A stretch of 64,000 bases of DNA from Phyllobates terribilis (Eukaryota). Position numbers and translations under genes: made by a program. Location of the stretch: the NCBI RefSeq assembly GCF_046119375.1, contig NW_027362765.1, forward strand, positions 386,260,001-386,324,000. The letters run 5' to 3'. Of this stretch, positions 12,721 through 24,431 are shown piece by piece (position 1 is the first letter of the stretch; every line of letters begins with the position of its first letter). The notes below the pieces were generated by a model. It was not told the DNA's origin. It saw only the letters and a list, made by a program, of their open reading frames with translations, and did no database searches.

Positions 12721-13875
12721 TCCTCCTTTTCTTTCTCCGTCTGTACCGATACCGACACCGGTGCCCTAACCTGTGACCACTCCAGGAGGAACCAACGAAG
12801 CCTAGTGCCCCATATTATGCTTACCACCCTCCAGCCAAAAAATCCCTTAGTCTCCCCAACAAATCTCTAATCCCGTCACCTACTACATTATCTCCATCTG
12901 CCGTATTCTCACCCCTGATAACGTACCTGATAATCCTGCTACCTGGCTACCCTCTAAACCTTGTGACATTAAAATAGAAGGAAACGGACAAGACATGGAG
13001 TAATACTCACAAGGCCGCGTGGGAGCTGGATATCCAGAATTCAGATGACAGTCCTCGAATTTGGTGCTGTTATTTCTTCTAGTTGAACCTTCAGTGGATA
13101 GAGAACCTGACGGGTATGGGAGGAGAGGCCCCTGTCCATGGGACCCCTAAGGCCGCAGAGCACCCATAAAGGATGGAGCCATAGAAGGGAGAGGACCAAT
13201 AAGCTGCCGGAGCAGAGGAGACCCTGCTGAGCATAACCCACTGTCCGATACTGGCCTGTCCTGCATCAGAGGGAGGAGCTGGTTCACCATTAGGGTTGAC
13301 TGTCAGTTAGTGCCAGGGGTGCGGTTACAGCCGCCGCTCTCCATACACAGAGTGGTAACTGGACCCGTGCCGGTGCCGCCCTTATGACTGAAACCCTAAC
13401 ACTGCCAGATGGAGTAAAGTTCATTAACCCCACACCAGTGTCTGTCTAAGTGCCGGTGCCAGGCAGGTTCAGAACGCTATTAACCTGCCGATTACCTCAT
13501 ATCTACAGGTTAATAGCATTTTTTCAGGTTTAACGTCTATTTAAAACGGACCATTCATTTTGTTATCTGTTTAATACATTTTTTTCTAGCACTTTGCATG
13601 CTTGGAACACTAAAGGTGTAATATCTAATGCTGACCGACGCCAAAAATTGTATTTTTAATGGTATCCATTTGACATTTCCACCTATTTGTGCACTTATAT
13701 ATTTCACTTGCTTAAATAGCAACATTAAAGTCCTACAACGCTTTACAGACATAACAATTAAAAGTGTAAACTTTGAGTTCAATTTAGTATGTGTTTGTAT
13801 CTATTTTCCTACACATTTGTTTTTTTCTACTGGAGTCATTACACATGTACACCAAAAAGACATGTGAACAATAAC

Positions 13876-14805
13876 CTAACAAAACAATTGTTTCTTTATT
13901 CTGCAAAGAGCTTTCTTCACCTCCTGATTTTTCAAGCTGTAAATGAGAGGGTTGAGCATTGGAATGACTCCGGCATACAATATGGCAAACACCTTGTCCT
14001 GGTCCATGGAATAGCTGGACTTTGGTCTCATGTACATGCCGAGGACCATTCCATAAAACAGGAGGATGACTGTGAGGTGTGAGGAGCAGGTGGAGAAGGT
14101 TTTGTGTCTTCCTTCTTTTGAGTTAATCTTCAAGATGGTAGAGATGATATAGATGTAAGACACCAAGGTCATAGTTGAAGGAAAAAAGGCGATGATGACA
14201 CTCGGTCCAAGTATTACTGTTTCTATGGTCCGTGTGTCACTACAAGAAAGTTTTATAAGAGGCTTCATATCACAAAATAAATGGTCAATTTCATTTGATT
14301 GACAAAATGTACAAGATGATATTAGAATAGCATAAAGAATGCCCTCGATGACGCCTATACTCCAAGATGTCCATGCCATCCAGAAACAGACCTGCTGGCT
14401 CATGAAATAAGAGTAACGTAGGGGATGACAGATGGCCACGTAACGATCGTAAGCCATGGCAGCCAGGATGAAGTATTCCGACACCATGAGCACCACAAAA
14501 AAGAAAACCTGAGAGATACAACCATGGTAGGAGATGACATTGTTCCCAGTTAGAAACATGTCCAATAACTTTGGTAGAACCATTGAGGTGAAGGACATAT
14601 CCAATACTGACATGTTACACAGGAGTATATACATGGGACTGTGGAAGTGAGGATCAAAGCAAAATAGAACAGTCGTTAATGAATTTCCAACCAATGTTGT
14701 TACATAGATGACCAGAAATATGAAAAATAAAACCAACTGGAAGTCTGGAAGATCATGGAAGCCGAGGAGAACAAATTCAGAAATGCTGAAATTTTGCACC
14801 TTCAT
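13876..14805 (-). CDS. Olfactory receptor (class II/gamma type), intact, 309 aa (OR-1)
   Basis: Single-exon 7TM ORF with GN (TM1), PMYILL, MAYDRYVAICHPLRY, FCD, KTFSTCSSHL, PMLNPLIYSLKN and an N-terminal NFS sequon. Confidence 0.97.
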   Translation of the reverse strand: MKVQNFSISEFVLLGFHDLPDFQLVLFFIFLVIYVTTLVGNSLTTVLFCFDPHFHSPMYILLCNMSVLDMSFTSMVLPKLLDMFLTGNNVISYHGCISQVFFFVVLMVSEYFILAAMAYDRYVAICHPLRYSYFMSQQVCFWMAWTSWSIGVIEGILYAILISSCTFCQSNEIDHLFCDMKPLIKLSCSDTRTIETVILGPSVIIAFFPSTMTLVSYIYIISTILKINSKEGRHKTFSTCSSHLTVILLFYGMVLGMYMRPKSSYSMDQDKVFAILYAGVIPMLNPLIYSLKNQEVKKALCRIKKQLFC

Positions 14806-14979
14806 TTAGTAACGTAGAAGAAATAATTTCCTTTTGAGAATTGAGTCGCATAATCTCATGCATGGAAGGAATGGTTGTTTAGTTTTAATGACAATGGAAA
14901 ACTACAGTTAATATATAGAAACTTTATTCCATAAAAATATGCACCGGAGGTTTGAGTTTACTATCAATTATAACAACGA

Positions 14980-15025
14980 CTCCCGGGAATGACGACAAGT
15001 TTAATAATTAAGATGTCTTAATGAT
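14980..15025. promoter_or_regulatory. Candidate O/E (EBF)-like plus homeodomain motif pair upstream of OR-1
   Basis: CTCCCGGGAA (14980-14989) followed by TAATTA/TAATGA; a similar arrangement lies upstream of the other three ORs. Confidence 0.3.
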
Positions 15026-15609
15026 TACATTCCACAAAGTGATATAACAAATAGTTCTAACTCTCCAAAAAGTGAATAACTATTGATAGTATTTATTAAA
15101 AAAAAAACAAGCAATGTCAAGGCTAGAATTAATCGAAACTGACAAATTGGATGAGGAGCAGCTCAGTAGATCAAACCAGATTCAGTAGAATCACTACACT
15201 TGTAGTTTATTCTACGGCATTTTTTTTAACTCTATGGTGTGTTGCTCAATAATTTCTGAATATTCAACAACTACGACGTGTTAGACCAAATCTCACAATC
15301 ACATTAAACTTTATTCTAAAATGGAGTTAAAATCAGGCACAAAAATGAGGGAGAAAAACATATCAGGAAAACTACTGGAAGGTAATGTAACACAAGTCTC
15401 ACAAAAAGTATTAAAACCCAAGCAAACACCCACCTAGGCTGACTATTATTTTACGTAATTGTCAATTATCAGGTGTACATTAAAAAAAAAAGTAAATAAA
15501 TATACCATATCAAGTGCACAGGCCCTATGGTACAGTACATTAAAAATTAAAGGCTATATGCATATGCCAAATGCCTGTTTATGAGGTCTGAAACTAGGGG
15601 AAAATCTTC

Positions 15610-15640
15610 CCTATGAGAAAGCTGTGCGAAACGTGTCAGG
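15610..15640 (+). ncRNA. Degenerate minimal hammerhead-like motif (Penelope-type end)
   Basis: CCU-AUGAGAAA-GC(UGU)GC-GAA-AC(GU)GU-C-AGG has the same layout as the other motifs, but positions 3/8 are an A/A mismatch. Confidence 0.45.
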
Positions 15641-15958
15641 CCGTTTCGCTACCTAAGGCTCGGTATGTTTGTCTCTATATAACTCTCTGATTTATGGGAA
15701 TTTACCTCTCCTTGGACGCATCCGTGTTTCAGAGAATATGTAGCATAGTTGGAGTCTGGACTAGTCTGTCGCTGCCCCGGCCGGCTTCTCCCTGCAACAC
15801 TTTGGGTGATTGATTGGTCTCTCTTTCTGGATAACACCTGTCAACAGGGGCGTAATTATCGTTGTCGCAGAGGGTGCGAACAGGCCCATGCGGGAGGGGG
15901 GCCTGCCGACACCAGCCCCTATTTTGGTTGGATAAGCATCGGGGGATGTAGGGTGCCA

Positions 15959-16074
15959 GCCTCTGATTGACTGGCGGCATGTATTGCAGTGCAGGGAGAT
16001 GGCGGGTCTTTGCACTGTAATACATTTCAGCCATCTCCCTGCACTGCAATACATGCCGCCAGTCAATCAGAGGC
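15959..16074. repeat. Perfect 45-bp inverted repeat with 26-nt loop (MITE interior)
   Basis: 15959-16003 is the exact reverse complement of 16030-16074. Confidence 0.9.
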
Positions 16075-16242
16075 CGGCAGCCTCCATCCGTGTGCTTGTC
16101 ACGGGTGGCGCATGGCAGTGATGTTACACACCGCTCGTAGCTGGTATGGCGAAGTCACGAGCCTGCATCTGCGCCAGCTATAGAGGAGGATGCTGCACAT
16201 CGTTGGAGTGGGAGAAGGTAAAAATAATCTTTATTTTTTTAA

Positions 16243-16749
16243 ATCAACAAAAAAACGAAAGCTAAATCAGCCCAGTTTCAAAGGAAGATATAAACACAAT
16301 CATTAAAATAAATAGTTTTTATTTCCATTCAATTTAAAAAGTTATTTTGTTAAAATATTGGTACTTTCAAAATAAAAAAAAGTCAAATCTCAATCACAAC
16401 CTATGTTATTACGGTAAATTTTCTCCATAAATATAGTTAACAATATTAGAATACTCAAATATCCAATTCTATTGTACCCATTCCTTGATAATAAAGTGCT
16501 GAAAGGAATTTTTTATTTTTTGCCCGAGATTGTTAATATTCTAATATTGTTAACTATATTTATGGAGAAAATTTATCGTAATAACATAGGTTCTTGATTG
16601 AGATTTGACTTTTTTTGATTTTGAAAGTACCAATATTTTAACAAGAAAAACTTTTTTAATTGAATGGAAATAAAAACTATTTATTTTAATGATTGTGTTT
16701 ATATCTTCCTTTGAAACTGGGCTGATTTAGCTTTAGTTTTTTTGTTGAT
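16243..16749. repeat. AT-rich foldback element, ~211-bp inverted arms
   Basis: 16243-16453 is a near-perfect reverse complement of 16537-16749, with an ~83-bp spacer. Confidence 0.9.
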
Positions 16750-16835
16750 ATGAAACCTTGAACGGGAAGTTGTAATTTATATTTGACCTCTTTCTTGATA
16801 TATATTTTTTTTAAATGTGTTGGAGAAGAGCGGAA

Positions 16836-17225
16836 AATGGGGGACATTATTACTGGAAGGGGCTCAGGAAGGGAAACATTATACAAGGATGGGAGACATT
16901 ATTACTGGAAGGGGCCCAGGATGGAGGACAGTATACCAGGATGGGGGACATTATTACTTGAAGGGGCTCAGGAAGTGGGACATTATTGCAGGAAGGGGCC
17001 CAGGATGGGATACCTCAAACCAGGAAGGGGTATAGGATGGGGGAAAATATTACTGAAAGGGGCCCTGGATTGCAGACATTACTAAAATTGGCCCAGGATG
17101 GAGGACATTATACCAGGAACGTGCCAAGGATGGGGGAGATTATTACATGGACGGGTTCATGATGGGGGACATTACAGAAAGGTGTTAGAATTGGGGAGAT
17201 TATTACTGGATGGGAGATATTATTT
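16836..17225. repeat. Degenerate ~32-bp minisatellite (GGGGACATTATTACTGGAAGGGGCCCAGGATG)
   Basis: About a dozen imperfect tandem copies; the overlapping ORFs are repeat artefacts. Confidence 0.85.
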
Positions 17226-17530
17226 CATGGGGGAGGGCAACACGTATGTCTTTATAAGATCTAGAACACTACAAGCGCCCATACACCTGACCAACATGTA
17301 TGTGGGGGTCCAGGTCCAAATTTTGCACAGGTTACACCATTAATTGTTAATCACCTCTAGCAGTGCTGGGAAGAACTGCACCAGTCTCATCTCCTTCTAT
17401 GGTACCTGGCCAGATATTTTCAGAAGATTTCAGAGAAAGATATACGGATCTGATTCATGCAGCCCGTGGTTCGAGCAGCATGAATCAGATAACAGATTCC
17501 CTTTAATATTTGTAAACTTGTAAACTGTTG

Positions 17531-17939
17531 CACCTAAAAAGAGATGCTATCTCTAAATTTGACAAGATATGGGGTCTATGGATTGATGGCTCTGGTTTGA
17601 CATCTAGGAAAGTGAGGAGATTTCGCCTCGGCTTGCTTTGAGTTACGTTTATATGATGCCTCAAATTAAACTTCTTTCAAAATTAATAAAAAGGTTATTA
17701 ATAATTCCACAAATTATATGTAATTGGATTGACTATTGTTACTATGTTCAAATATTTGCGCTGGTTTTGCAGAGCCAAGATGTATAAATAACTCGTGTTT
17801 AATGCTTCTTAAGGTTGGGAGGTGGAGACCTGTTTCTCCAATGTTTGTCTGGTTGTTGTTGTTTTTTCCTTTTTTTATTTTTTCCTTTGTGTAAATCTTT
17901 ATAAAAATCAATAAAAAAAAATTGATTTAAAAAAAAAAA
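17531..17939 (+). mobile_element. 5'-truncated L1-clade LINE (ORF2 end, 3'UTR, polyA)
   Basis: Starts with ORF2 C-terminus KRDAISKFDKIWGLW and ends AATAAA...poly(A); TTGTAAACTGTTG is duplicated on both sides as TSD. Confidence 0.75.
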
Positions 17940-18870
17940 TATTTGTAAACTGTTGAATTATATACTTTTTATGCATTGGTGGGTTCTGGGAGCGACTTAC
18001 CTCAAAATCAGGACTTTCTAAGTGTATGTGCACACATTGAGTATTTTCAGCAGATTTTTCTGCACAAAAACAGGATTTTGGTAGTTTTTTAGGTGTTTTT
18101 ATGTGCTTTTTCCCATTTTATTTGAAGGGGTGAAAAACGCTAAAAATGTCGAAATTTGGAAAAAAGAAACAAAATTGGTTTGTGTCACCATTTTCTGAGA
18201 CCCATAACTCTTCTGTATTTCAATCGTTGGAACTGAAGGCTCGTTTTATGAGAGGTGAGCTGCAGTTATTATTGGTATTTTGGGGGCACATATGACGCTT
18301 ACTGTTGCAGCTTGATAGATTTGACTTCTCCAGATGTGGCAATATCAAATATGTTTTTCTTTCATTATTTTAACTAGAGGTGGGTATTTACATTTTTATG
18401 TTTGTTCGTGTTGTTTTTTTTCTTTGTCTTTTTTTTTCATATTAATATATTTTTTTTCTTTTTGCTTAATTTATCAGTCCCTATTGGGGACTTTGGGAAC
18501 CTGTTCTGATCTCTTGTTCTATCTGCTGCAATGACACATTAATACAGTTCATAGTGAATACCCCCTATGCCTGTCGCTCGGCTTCATAGGTGGACCAGGA
18601 TGGCAGTGACCTATTGTTATATAACCTAAGGGAAAGAGGGAAAAAGGGAACGTCACCTCACCACATCATCTTATTGCTGTGTAGCCAGGAAATCCTCAGT
18701 AGTATTGGCCCAAAGACGTCCTAATCTGGAACGTAGGTACGAAATTCAGAAAAAAGAGAGAGAGAAATCATCCAGCGAAAAAATATGTATAATATAATAT
18801 AAGTCTATATTAGTCCATGAGAAGATGATAAAAAACACGCAGATGCCTCTTAGACATCGATGGAACACAG

Positions 18871-18905
18871 ACCGACGCGTTTCAGCAGAATGCCTTAATC
18901 ATGGT
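18871..18905 (-). ncRNA. Minimal hammerhead ribozyme, A3-U8 variant (inverted pLTR copy)
   Basis: Exact reverse complement of the motif at 19395-19429. Confidence 0.7.
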
Positions 18906-19394
18906 AAGTGTGCATTGGTTGGTTTGTAGGTCAGTGTTAGTAGTTTGAACTGGATATGCTGGGGGAATGGGAGCCAGTGATGGGATCTGCAAAGGGGAGA
19001 AGCAGAGGAGTAACGATGTAAGAGATATAGCCAGGCTTTACACGGATTGTGACCGCACCTGTAAAACCCTCTCAAAGAGAGCCAAGTGGAAGAGTTATTT
19101 GACCATTTACTCTGAAAGTAGCTAGGTGACAGAATATTAGCTAATGTCGGTGCTTTAGTTGCTATAAACCTGACATCCGTTTTTTGCAAAACCGCTGCCA
19201 TTTTAGCATCTTCGCTTAACATGAGTAAGTTTCCTTCTTTCTGTCTTTCATTTATAGTCCAGTTGGTCAGTCTTTCTGATTATCTGATTAATTAGGGTTA
19301 CATTTTAGGTGAATGTGATTGCTGCTAGTTTCCCTACCCCTTCCTATACTCGTTTGTATTTCTATTAGAAAGTTTGTCAGTTTAATGCACACTT

Positions 19395-19429
19395 ACCATG
19401 ATTAAGGCATTCTGCTGAAACGCGTCGGT
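19395..19429 (+). ncRNA. Minimal hammerhead ribozyme, A3-U8 variant
   Basis: ACC-AUGAUUAA-G-GCA(UUC)UGC-U-GAA-AC(GC)GU-C-GGU: stem I ACC/GGU, stem II GCA/UGC, palindromic stem III ACGCGU, GUC cleavage triplet. Confidence 0.7.
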
Positions 19430-19791
19430 CTGTGTTCCATCGATGTCTAAGAGGCGTCTGTGTGTTTTTTTATTGTCTCCTGATGGATTAATAAAGACTT
19501 TATATTTTATTATACATATTTTTTCGCTGGATGATTTTTCTCTCTTTTTTTTTTCTGAATGACGTATTATTATGTTACTTATGGACCTCTGGTGGTCTAG
19601 AGACAAAAATAGGAAAATATTCTCACCTACAAGACCGGCTCTGCTCCTTTGCATTGCTGCCTGTGTTCCCTGCCAGTCTTATGCTCATTCCTTATTATGG
19701 AGGACGCAACTTACCAGTGACTGGCTGTAACCTCGATGTTCCATCCAAGACTGAATTAATAGTCCAACTTCTGGATAGGAAGGAAAGTTAA

Positions 19792-20035
19792 AGGGGTTGT
19801 CTGCTCCGAGGTCTGCGCCAGGACAGGAAGTGGAGACATCACCTTTCAACTAGTCGCTAAACTGCTGAGGCTTGTGATTGGCTGCAGCAGTCAGATGACT
19901 TTGATCAGCGGTCTGGTGGTTGAATGGTGATATCTTCAGTGACACAGACCACGGAGAACTGCACCGGATCCAGGTGGGTGCCAGTAGGTGAGTATTAATA
20001 AGTTTATTTTTTTATACAGTCATCTTTTATTTCCT
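19792..20035. mobile_element. TTAA-flanked T2/Kolobok-type MITE, degenerate
   Basis: TTAA-AGGGGTTGTC ... CCT-TTAA; a similar left end starts at ~21314. Confidence 0.45.
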
Positions 20036-21605
20036 TTAAGGTGCAGCCAATGAATGAAGAATGAGATGGTTAGCCGATCCAGATGAAATCGGGGTATTGG
20101 CTGATGTAATTCTATTGTGTATGGCCGCCTTTGCTCTATACAAATATATAATTCATTATCAGGACAATATCTATAACCACGGAAATCATTTTCAATGGAG
20201 AAATTCATTTCCATCTTTGAAAAAAATTGAAAAAAATTACATTCTCAGCCAACAGTTTGAAATATACTATAGCCAAGAAAAACGAACACCCGAGAGAAAT
20301 GATGAAGACGGTCCAATGAATTCTCAGTTCAATAAATCAGATGGCGGAAATCTAAGGACTCTGTGCCATGTAGATCATCATAAGTCGTCTGTTAAAGAAA
20401 AATAAATTATATATAACTTTAGTTTACTTTTTTTTTTTACCTTTTGAGCATTCAAAACCCCAAAAATACATTAAGAAAAAAATAATTGAAACTTGACGCA
20501 GAAAAGGCCTTTAAACTAATGTTAAAAAGAAAACAATCTAAAAAGAAAGTTTCCAGTCAATGGTGGGGACGGGGTTATACTGATTAGCCTGACTTGCTGG
20601 CACGAGACACCTAGTCCTGTAGTGCTAATCTCCTGCTGATAAAACACTGATTTTATTGAAACTGCAACACGGAGTCCATTAAGTGACACTTCACTTGAAT
20701 CAGGCTCTCTGTCCCTATATCATGCTGCTCTCAAATTATATATCAAAACCCTGCTGATAGTTTCCCTTTTTCTGACTATGTCTGGGTGTTCCTATAACTT
20801 TTAACTTGTGAACTCTGCTTGCAGCTGTATCTCAAGGAACATTTGATGTCTTTGAATCTTTTTCATTGTTTAGGCAAGAAAACGATAATTTCTCTGAGGT
20901 TTTGGGACCACACTCGCAAGCAAACCTCACTGCCCATAATTCCCCAGCCAGTCCGGGTATTTGATGTGTTTTTTCTTAAGCACATCTGATGCAACTAATT
21001 ATGTAGTTTGCTTGACACCTGACTTACAAATGTGTGCTGTTACGAGGGTTTATATTTAGGGGGATAAATAATTCCGAGACTGCAGTAGTTAGTGAAAATG
21101 CCATTTTATGTTGAATTTGGAGAAAAAAAATTGTTAAATTAGTTGTAATTTGCTATTTACATATGTTTCTTGCAAACAGAAGAAAGTTCTGATTGCAACT
21201 GTATAGCATAGCAATCTATCTAACATATAGAACTATAGTTATATATTTCACAAAAGCCATTTACGAATTTGTAGATCAATCATGAACGGTCTGTATATGA
21301 AACATGCATTAAAGGGGTTGTCCCAACGTAGCAAATTGTCCTCAATCCACAATTGATCATTGTGTCCCACAACGGGGCTATGAAGTGGCCCGTTCAAATT
21401 GAGCAATGGCTGCACATTCACACCACCTCTCCGGCTATTGTCTATAGGACAACTGAAGATATTGACTAAGAAAGTACTTCAGAGCTTTGTTTTTTAGATC
21501 AGTGGGGGTCCCTCCGGTGAGACCATCTAGCGGCAATCAAGTTTCACAAAGTCTGTGGATTCTCTTCTGTGAAGGTTAGGAAAGTTAGAAAAATTTTCTT
21601 AAATA

Positions 21606-22583
21606 TTAGAAAAACATGGCTTTGGTTTTTGGTTTTACATTTAACATAGTCTGATAAAATATATATTTTTTCTTTATTCTGCACAGAGCTTTCTTCACCT
21701 CCTGATTTTTCAAGCTGTAAATGAGAGGGTTGAGCATTGGAATGACTCCGGCATACAATATGGCAAACACCTTGTCCTGGTCCATGGAATAGCTGGACTT
21801 TGGTCTCATGTACATGCCGAGGACCGTTCCGTAAAACAAGAGGATGACTGTGAGGTGTGAGGAGCAGGTGGAGAAGGTTTTGTGTCTTCCTTCTTTTGAG
21901 TTAATCTTCAAGATGGTAGAGATGATATAGATGTAGGACACCAAGGTCATGACCGAGGGGACAAAGCCAATGATGACACCAAGAACAAATATTACCATTT
22001 CTATAGTCTGTGTGTCGCTACAAGAAAGCATCATTAGAGGCTTCATATCACAGAAGAGATGGTCTACTTCATTTGACCTACAAAATGTACAAGATGATAT
22101 CAGAATGATGAAGAAAATGCCCTCGAGGATTCCTATACTCCAAGATGTCCATACCATCCAGAAACAGACCTGCAGGCTCATGAAATAAGAGTAACGTAGG
22201 GGATGACAGATGGCCACGTAACGATCGTAAGCCATGGCAGCCAGGATGAAGTATTCCGACACTATGAGCACCACAAAAAAGAAAACCTGAGCGATACAAC
22301 CATGGTAGGAGATGACATTGTTCCCAGTTACAAAGATGTCCAATAACTTTGGTAGAACCATTGAGGTGAAGGACATATCCAATACTGACATGTTACACAG
22401 GAGAATATACATGGGACTGTGGAAGTGAGGATCAAAGCAAAACAGACCAGTTGTTAATGAATTTCCAAGCAACGTTGCGACATAGATGACCAGAAATATG
22501 AAAAAGAAAACCAACTGCAAGTTTGGAAGATCATGGAAGCCGAGGAGAACGAAATCAGTGACAGTGAGGTTTATTGTCTCCAT
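21606..22583 (-). CDS. Olfactory receptor (class II), intact, 325 aa from the ATG at 22583 (OR-2)
   Basis: Same OR motifs as OR-1. The ATG (METINLTV, NLT sequon) is homologous to the OR-3/OR-4 starts; the C-terminus is extended by 16 aa relative to OR-1. Confidence 0.96.
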   Translation of the reverse strand: METINLTVTDFVLLGFHDLPNLQLVFFFIFLVIYVATLLGNSLTTGLFCFDPHFHSPMYILLCNMSVLDMSFTSMVLPKLLDIFVTGNNVISYHGCIAQVFFFVVLIVSEYFILAAMAYDRYVAICHPLRYSYFMSLQVCFWMVWTSWSIGILEGIFFIILISSCTFCRSNEVDHLFCDMKPLMMLSCSDTQTIEMVIFVLGVIIGFVPSVMTLVSYIYIISTILKINSKEGRHKTFSTCSSHLTVILLFYGTVLGMYMRPKSSYSMDQDKVFAILYAGVIPMLNPLIYSLKNQEVKKALCRIKKKYIFYQTMLNVKPKTKAMFF

Positions 22584-22737
22584 TACCCTCTGATGAGACA
22601 AGTATTTTTTGTGCTGATCAGAGATTCGTGACGTTGCATGAATGTCTTATAGGGAACAGAGGATCTCTATGGTGGATTTATACAATGTGTATCTAAGGAG
22701 AGTTCACTTTGGAGATTTAAGGTGTTGATTTGTAAAG

Positions 22738-22798
22738 CTCCCGAGAATCATAAGGCAATTACCAACTAAATGTAATTATATACAATAAATATAATTAG
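22738..22798. promoter_or_regulatory. Candidate O/E-like plus homeodomain motifs upstream of OR-2
   Basis: CTCCCGAGAA at 22738 and TAATTA at 22773 and 22792, ~155 bp upstream of the ATG. Confidence 0.3.
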
Positions 22799-24431
22799 AG
22801 AATTTCACACAATTATAATTAATAAGGAGAAAATGTCATTGAATTAGTTTTGCTAACAAGACAGCGAACTGTCTATTTCCCGTTCTATAATAATCACCAA
22901 ATACAAAAAATAAAAAACAACAGCCCCATAATCAAGATATCACCAACCATTTGCATTTATAAAAGGTATACACTTCTTATACGGGGAGCCGGAATAGTGT
23001 CCCCCACCTCGCCAAGAGCTTTATTTGAATCCGACCTCAGGTCTCCAATAACGATATAGAGTTTGTAACATATAAATATTAGTTTTCTCCAATCTTCTTA
23101 CATTGTTTAGTAAATAAAAATCATTTAAAAAAATATCAATAAAGAAAATAAAAAAAAAAGTCAGATTTGAGTTGACGCGTTTCAGGAAATCCTCAATTTA
23201 TTTAATATAAACAAAAAATAATTTATGAAAACGTGAAGAAAACAAAAACATCTAGATTAGAATCGATGTGTTTCATGAGAGCACTGATTTGATTAATAAA
23301 TAAAAATCATTTCTAAAAAATATGAACAGTGATGAGCTAGCGTGCTCGCTACTGCTCAGTGCTCCCCCGAGCATCTAACTGCTCGAGATGCTCTGCGCTC
23401 GCCGAGTATTTCTGGGGTTGCTCGGCGGGAGTCCGGGCCCCTCCCTGCATGTTTGGCGCTCTTTAGAGCACCAATCAACATACAGGGATTGCCTGCCACT
23501 CATTGTAATGCCGCAGCCATGGTGGTTATGGCATTACAGTGATTGGCTGGCCGCACAGCGTCATCAGGTCTATATCAGACCTGGCGCCGCCATGCTCGTC
23601 ACAGTCACTCTGGATCAGACAGTGTAGGGAGAGCTGCTGCTGAGCTAGGGAGAGATTTGATCGTGTATTAGGTAGTGTAGGGAGAAAAACCGTACATTAC
23701 ACATATCCATCTTAACAAACAGTCCTTCTGAGGACTAACTAATCCATCCAGAGATATCAGGCAGGCAGTGTATATAGGCAGGCAGAGTATATAGCAGACT
23801 GCAGTGCATATAGCACAAGAGGCTCCATTCCAATTCTGTTGGTTGCTGCTGTTAGATATTTCTGGAAATAGGCCCAGGTCTCAGGGGCCAGGAATACTTT
23901 TTTTGGATCTTAATCTTCATTATTTGCTTAAAAAGCTATCCAAAGAACACCGTTTTTCTGCGCCATTTGCTTGTGGGCACTGCAGAATACAGCCAGGTCC
24001 TTTTAATATTACAGCGCTAGAAATCCAGCTATTTAAACCTGTGTTTTCTCCGTCACACGGATCACATATAAGTTTTCAGAAAATACTGCCATTTCTGGCC
24101 TCCAATCCAATTTTTTTTCACTGTGTCAGTGAAGTTTTTGACACCGGTTTGCTGTTCAAACTACTTACCTACAGGCCAGGTATTTAAAACTCTGTTTTCT
24201 CCGTCAAACGGATCACATATACGTTGTCAGAAAATACTGCCATTTCTGGCCTACATTAAAAATTCCCTTTAGTGTGTCAGTGAAGCAATTCACAGCAGTT
24301 TGCTGGTCAAACTACTTACCTAAAGGCCAGGTATTTAAAACTCTGTTTTCTCCGTCACGCGGATCACATATAAGTTCGCTCCAAACTCAGTCATTTGTAG
24401 TGAGCGTGGAAGATACTGTCCTCTATTTAAA

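Larger units (their letters stand above)
2885..13260 (-). mobile_element. Ngaro-type (DIRS-order) tyrosine-recombinase retrotransposon, degenerate, with three nested insertions
   Basis: Minus-strand order Gag-like (~12720-12230), RT/RNaseH (~11800-10030), YR (~10020-4570), SGNH hydrolase (~4462-2890) matches Ngaro architecture. Outer boundaries are approximate. Confidence 0.85.
18735..19565. mobile_element. Penelope-like element remnant with inverted pseudo-LTRs and a captured L2 piece
   Basis: ~18735-18916 and ~19385-19565 are inverted copies. Between them the minus-strand frame gives the Penelope RT-to-GIY-YIG linker (KAPTLANILSPS..TWLSLRGFYRCGHNPC) fused to L2 ORF2 C-terminal sequence (SASPLCRSHHWLPFPQHIQFKLLTLTYK). 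Confidence 0.8.

Noticed and set aside
16783-17343. Gly-rich repetitive ORFs
   Set aside because: Translation of the ~32-bp minisatellite.
22584-22601. N-terminal extension MSHQRV of OR-2 in the ORF track
   Set aside because: Starts at a non-ATG codon; the ATG at 22583 is homologous to the OR-3 and OR-4 starts.
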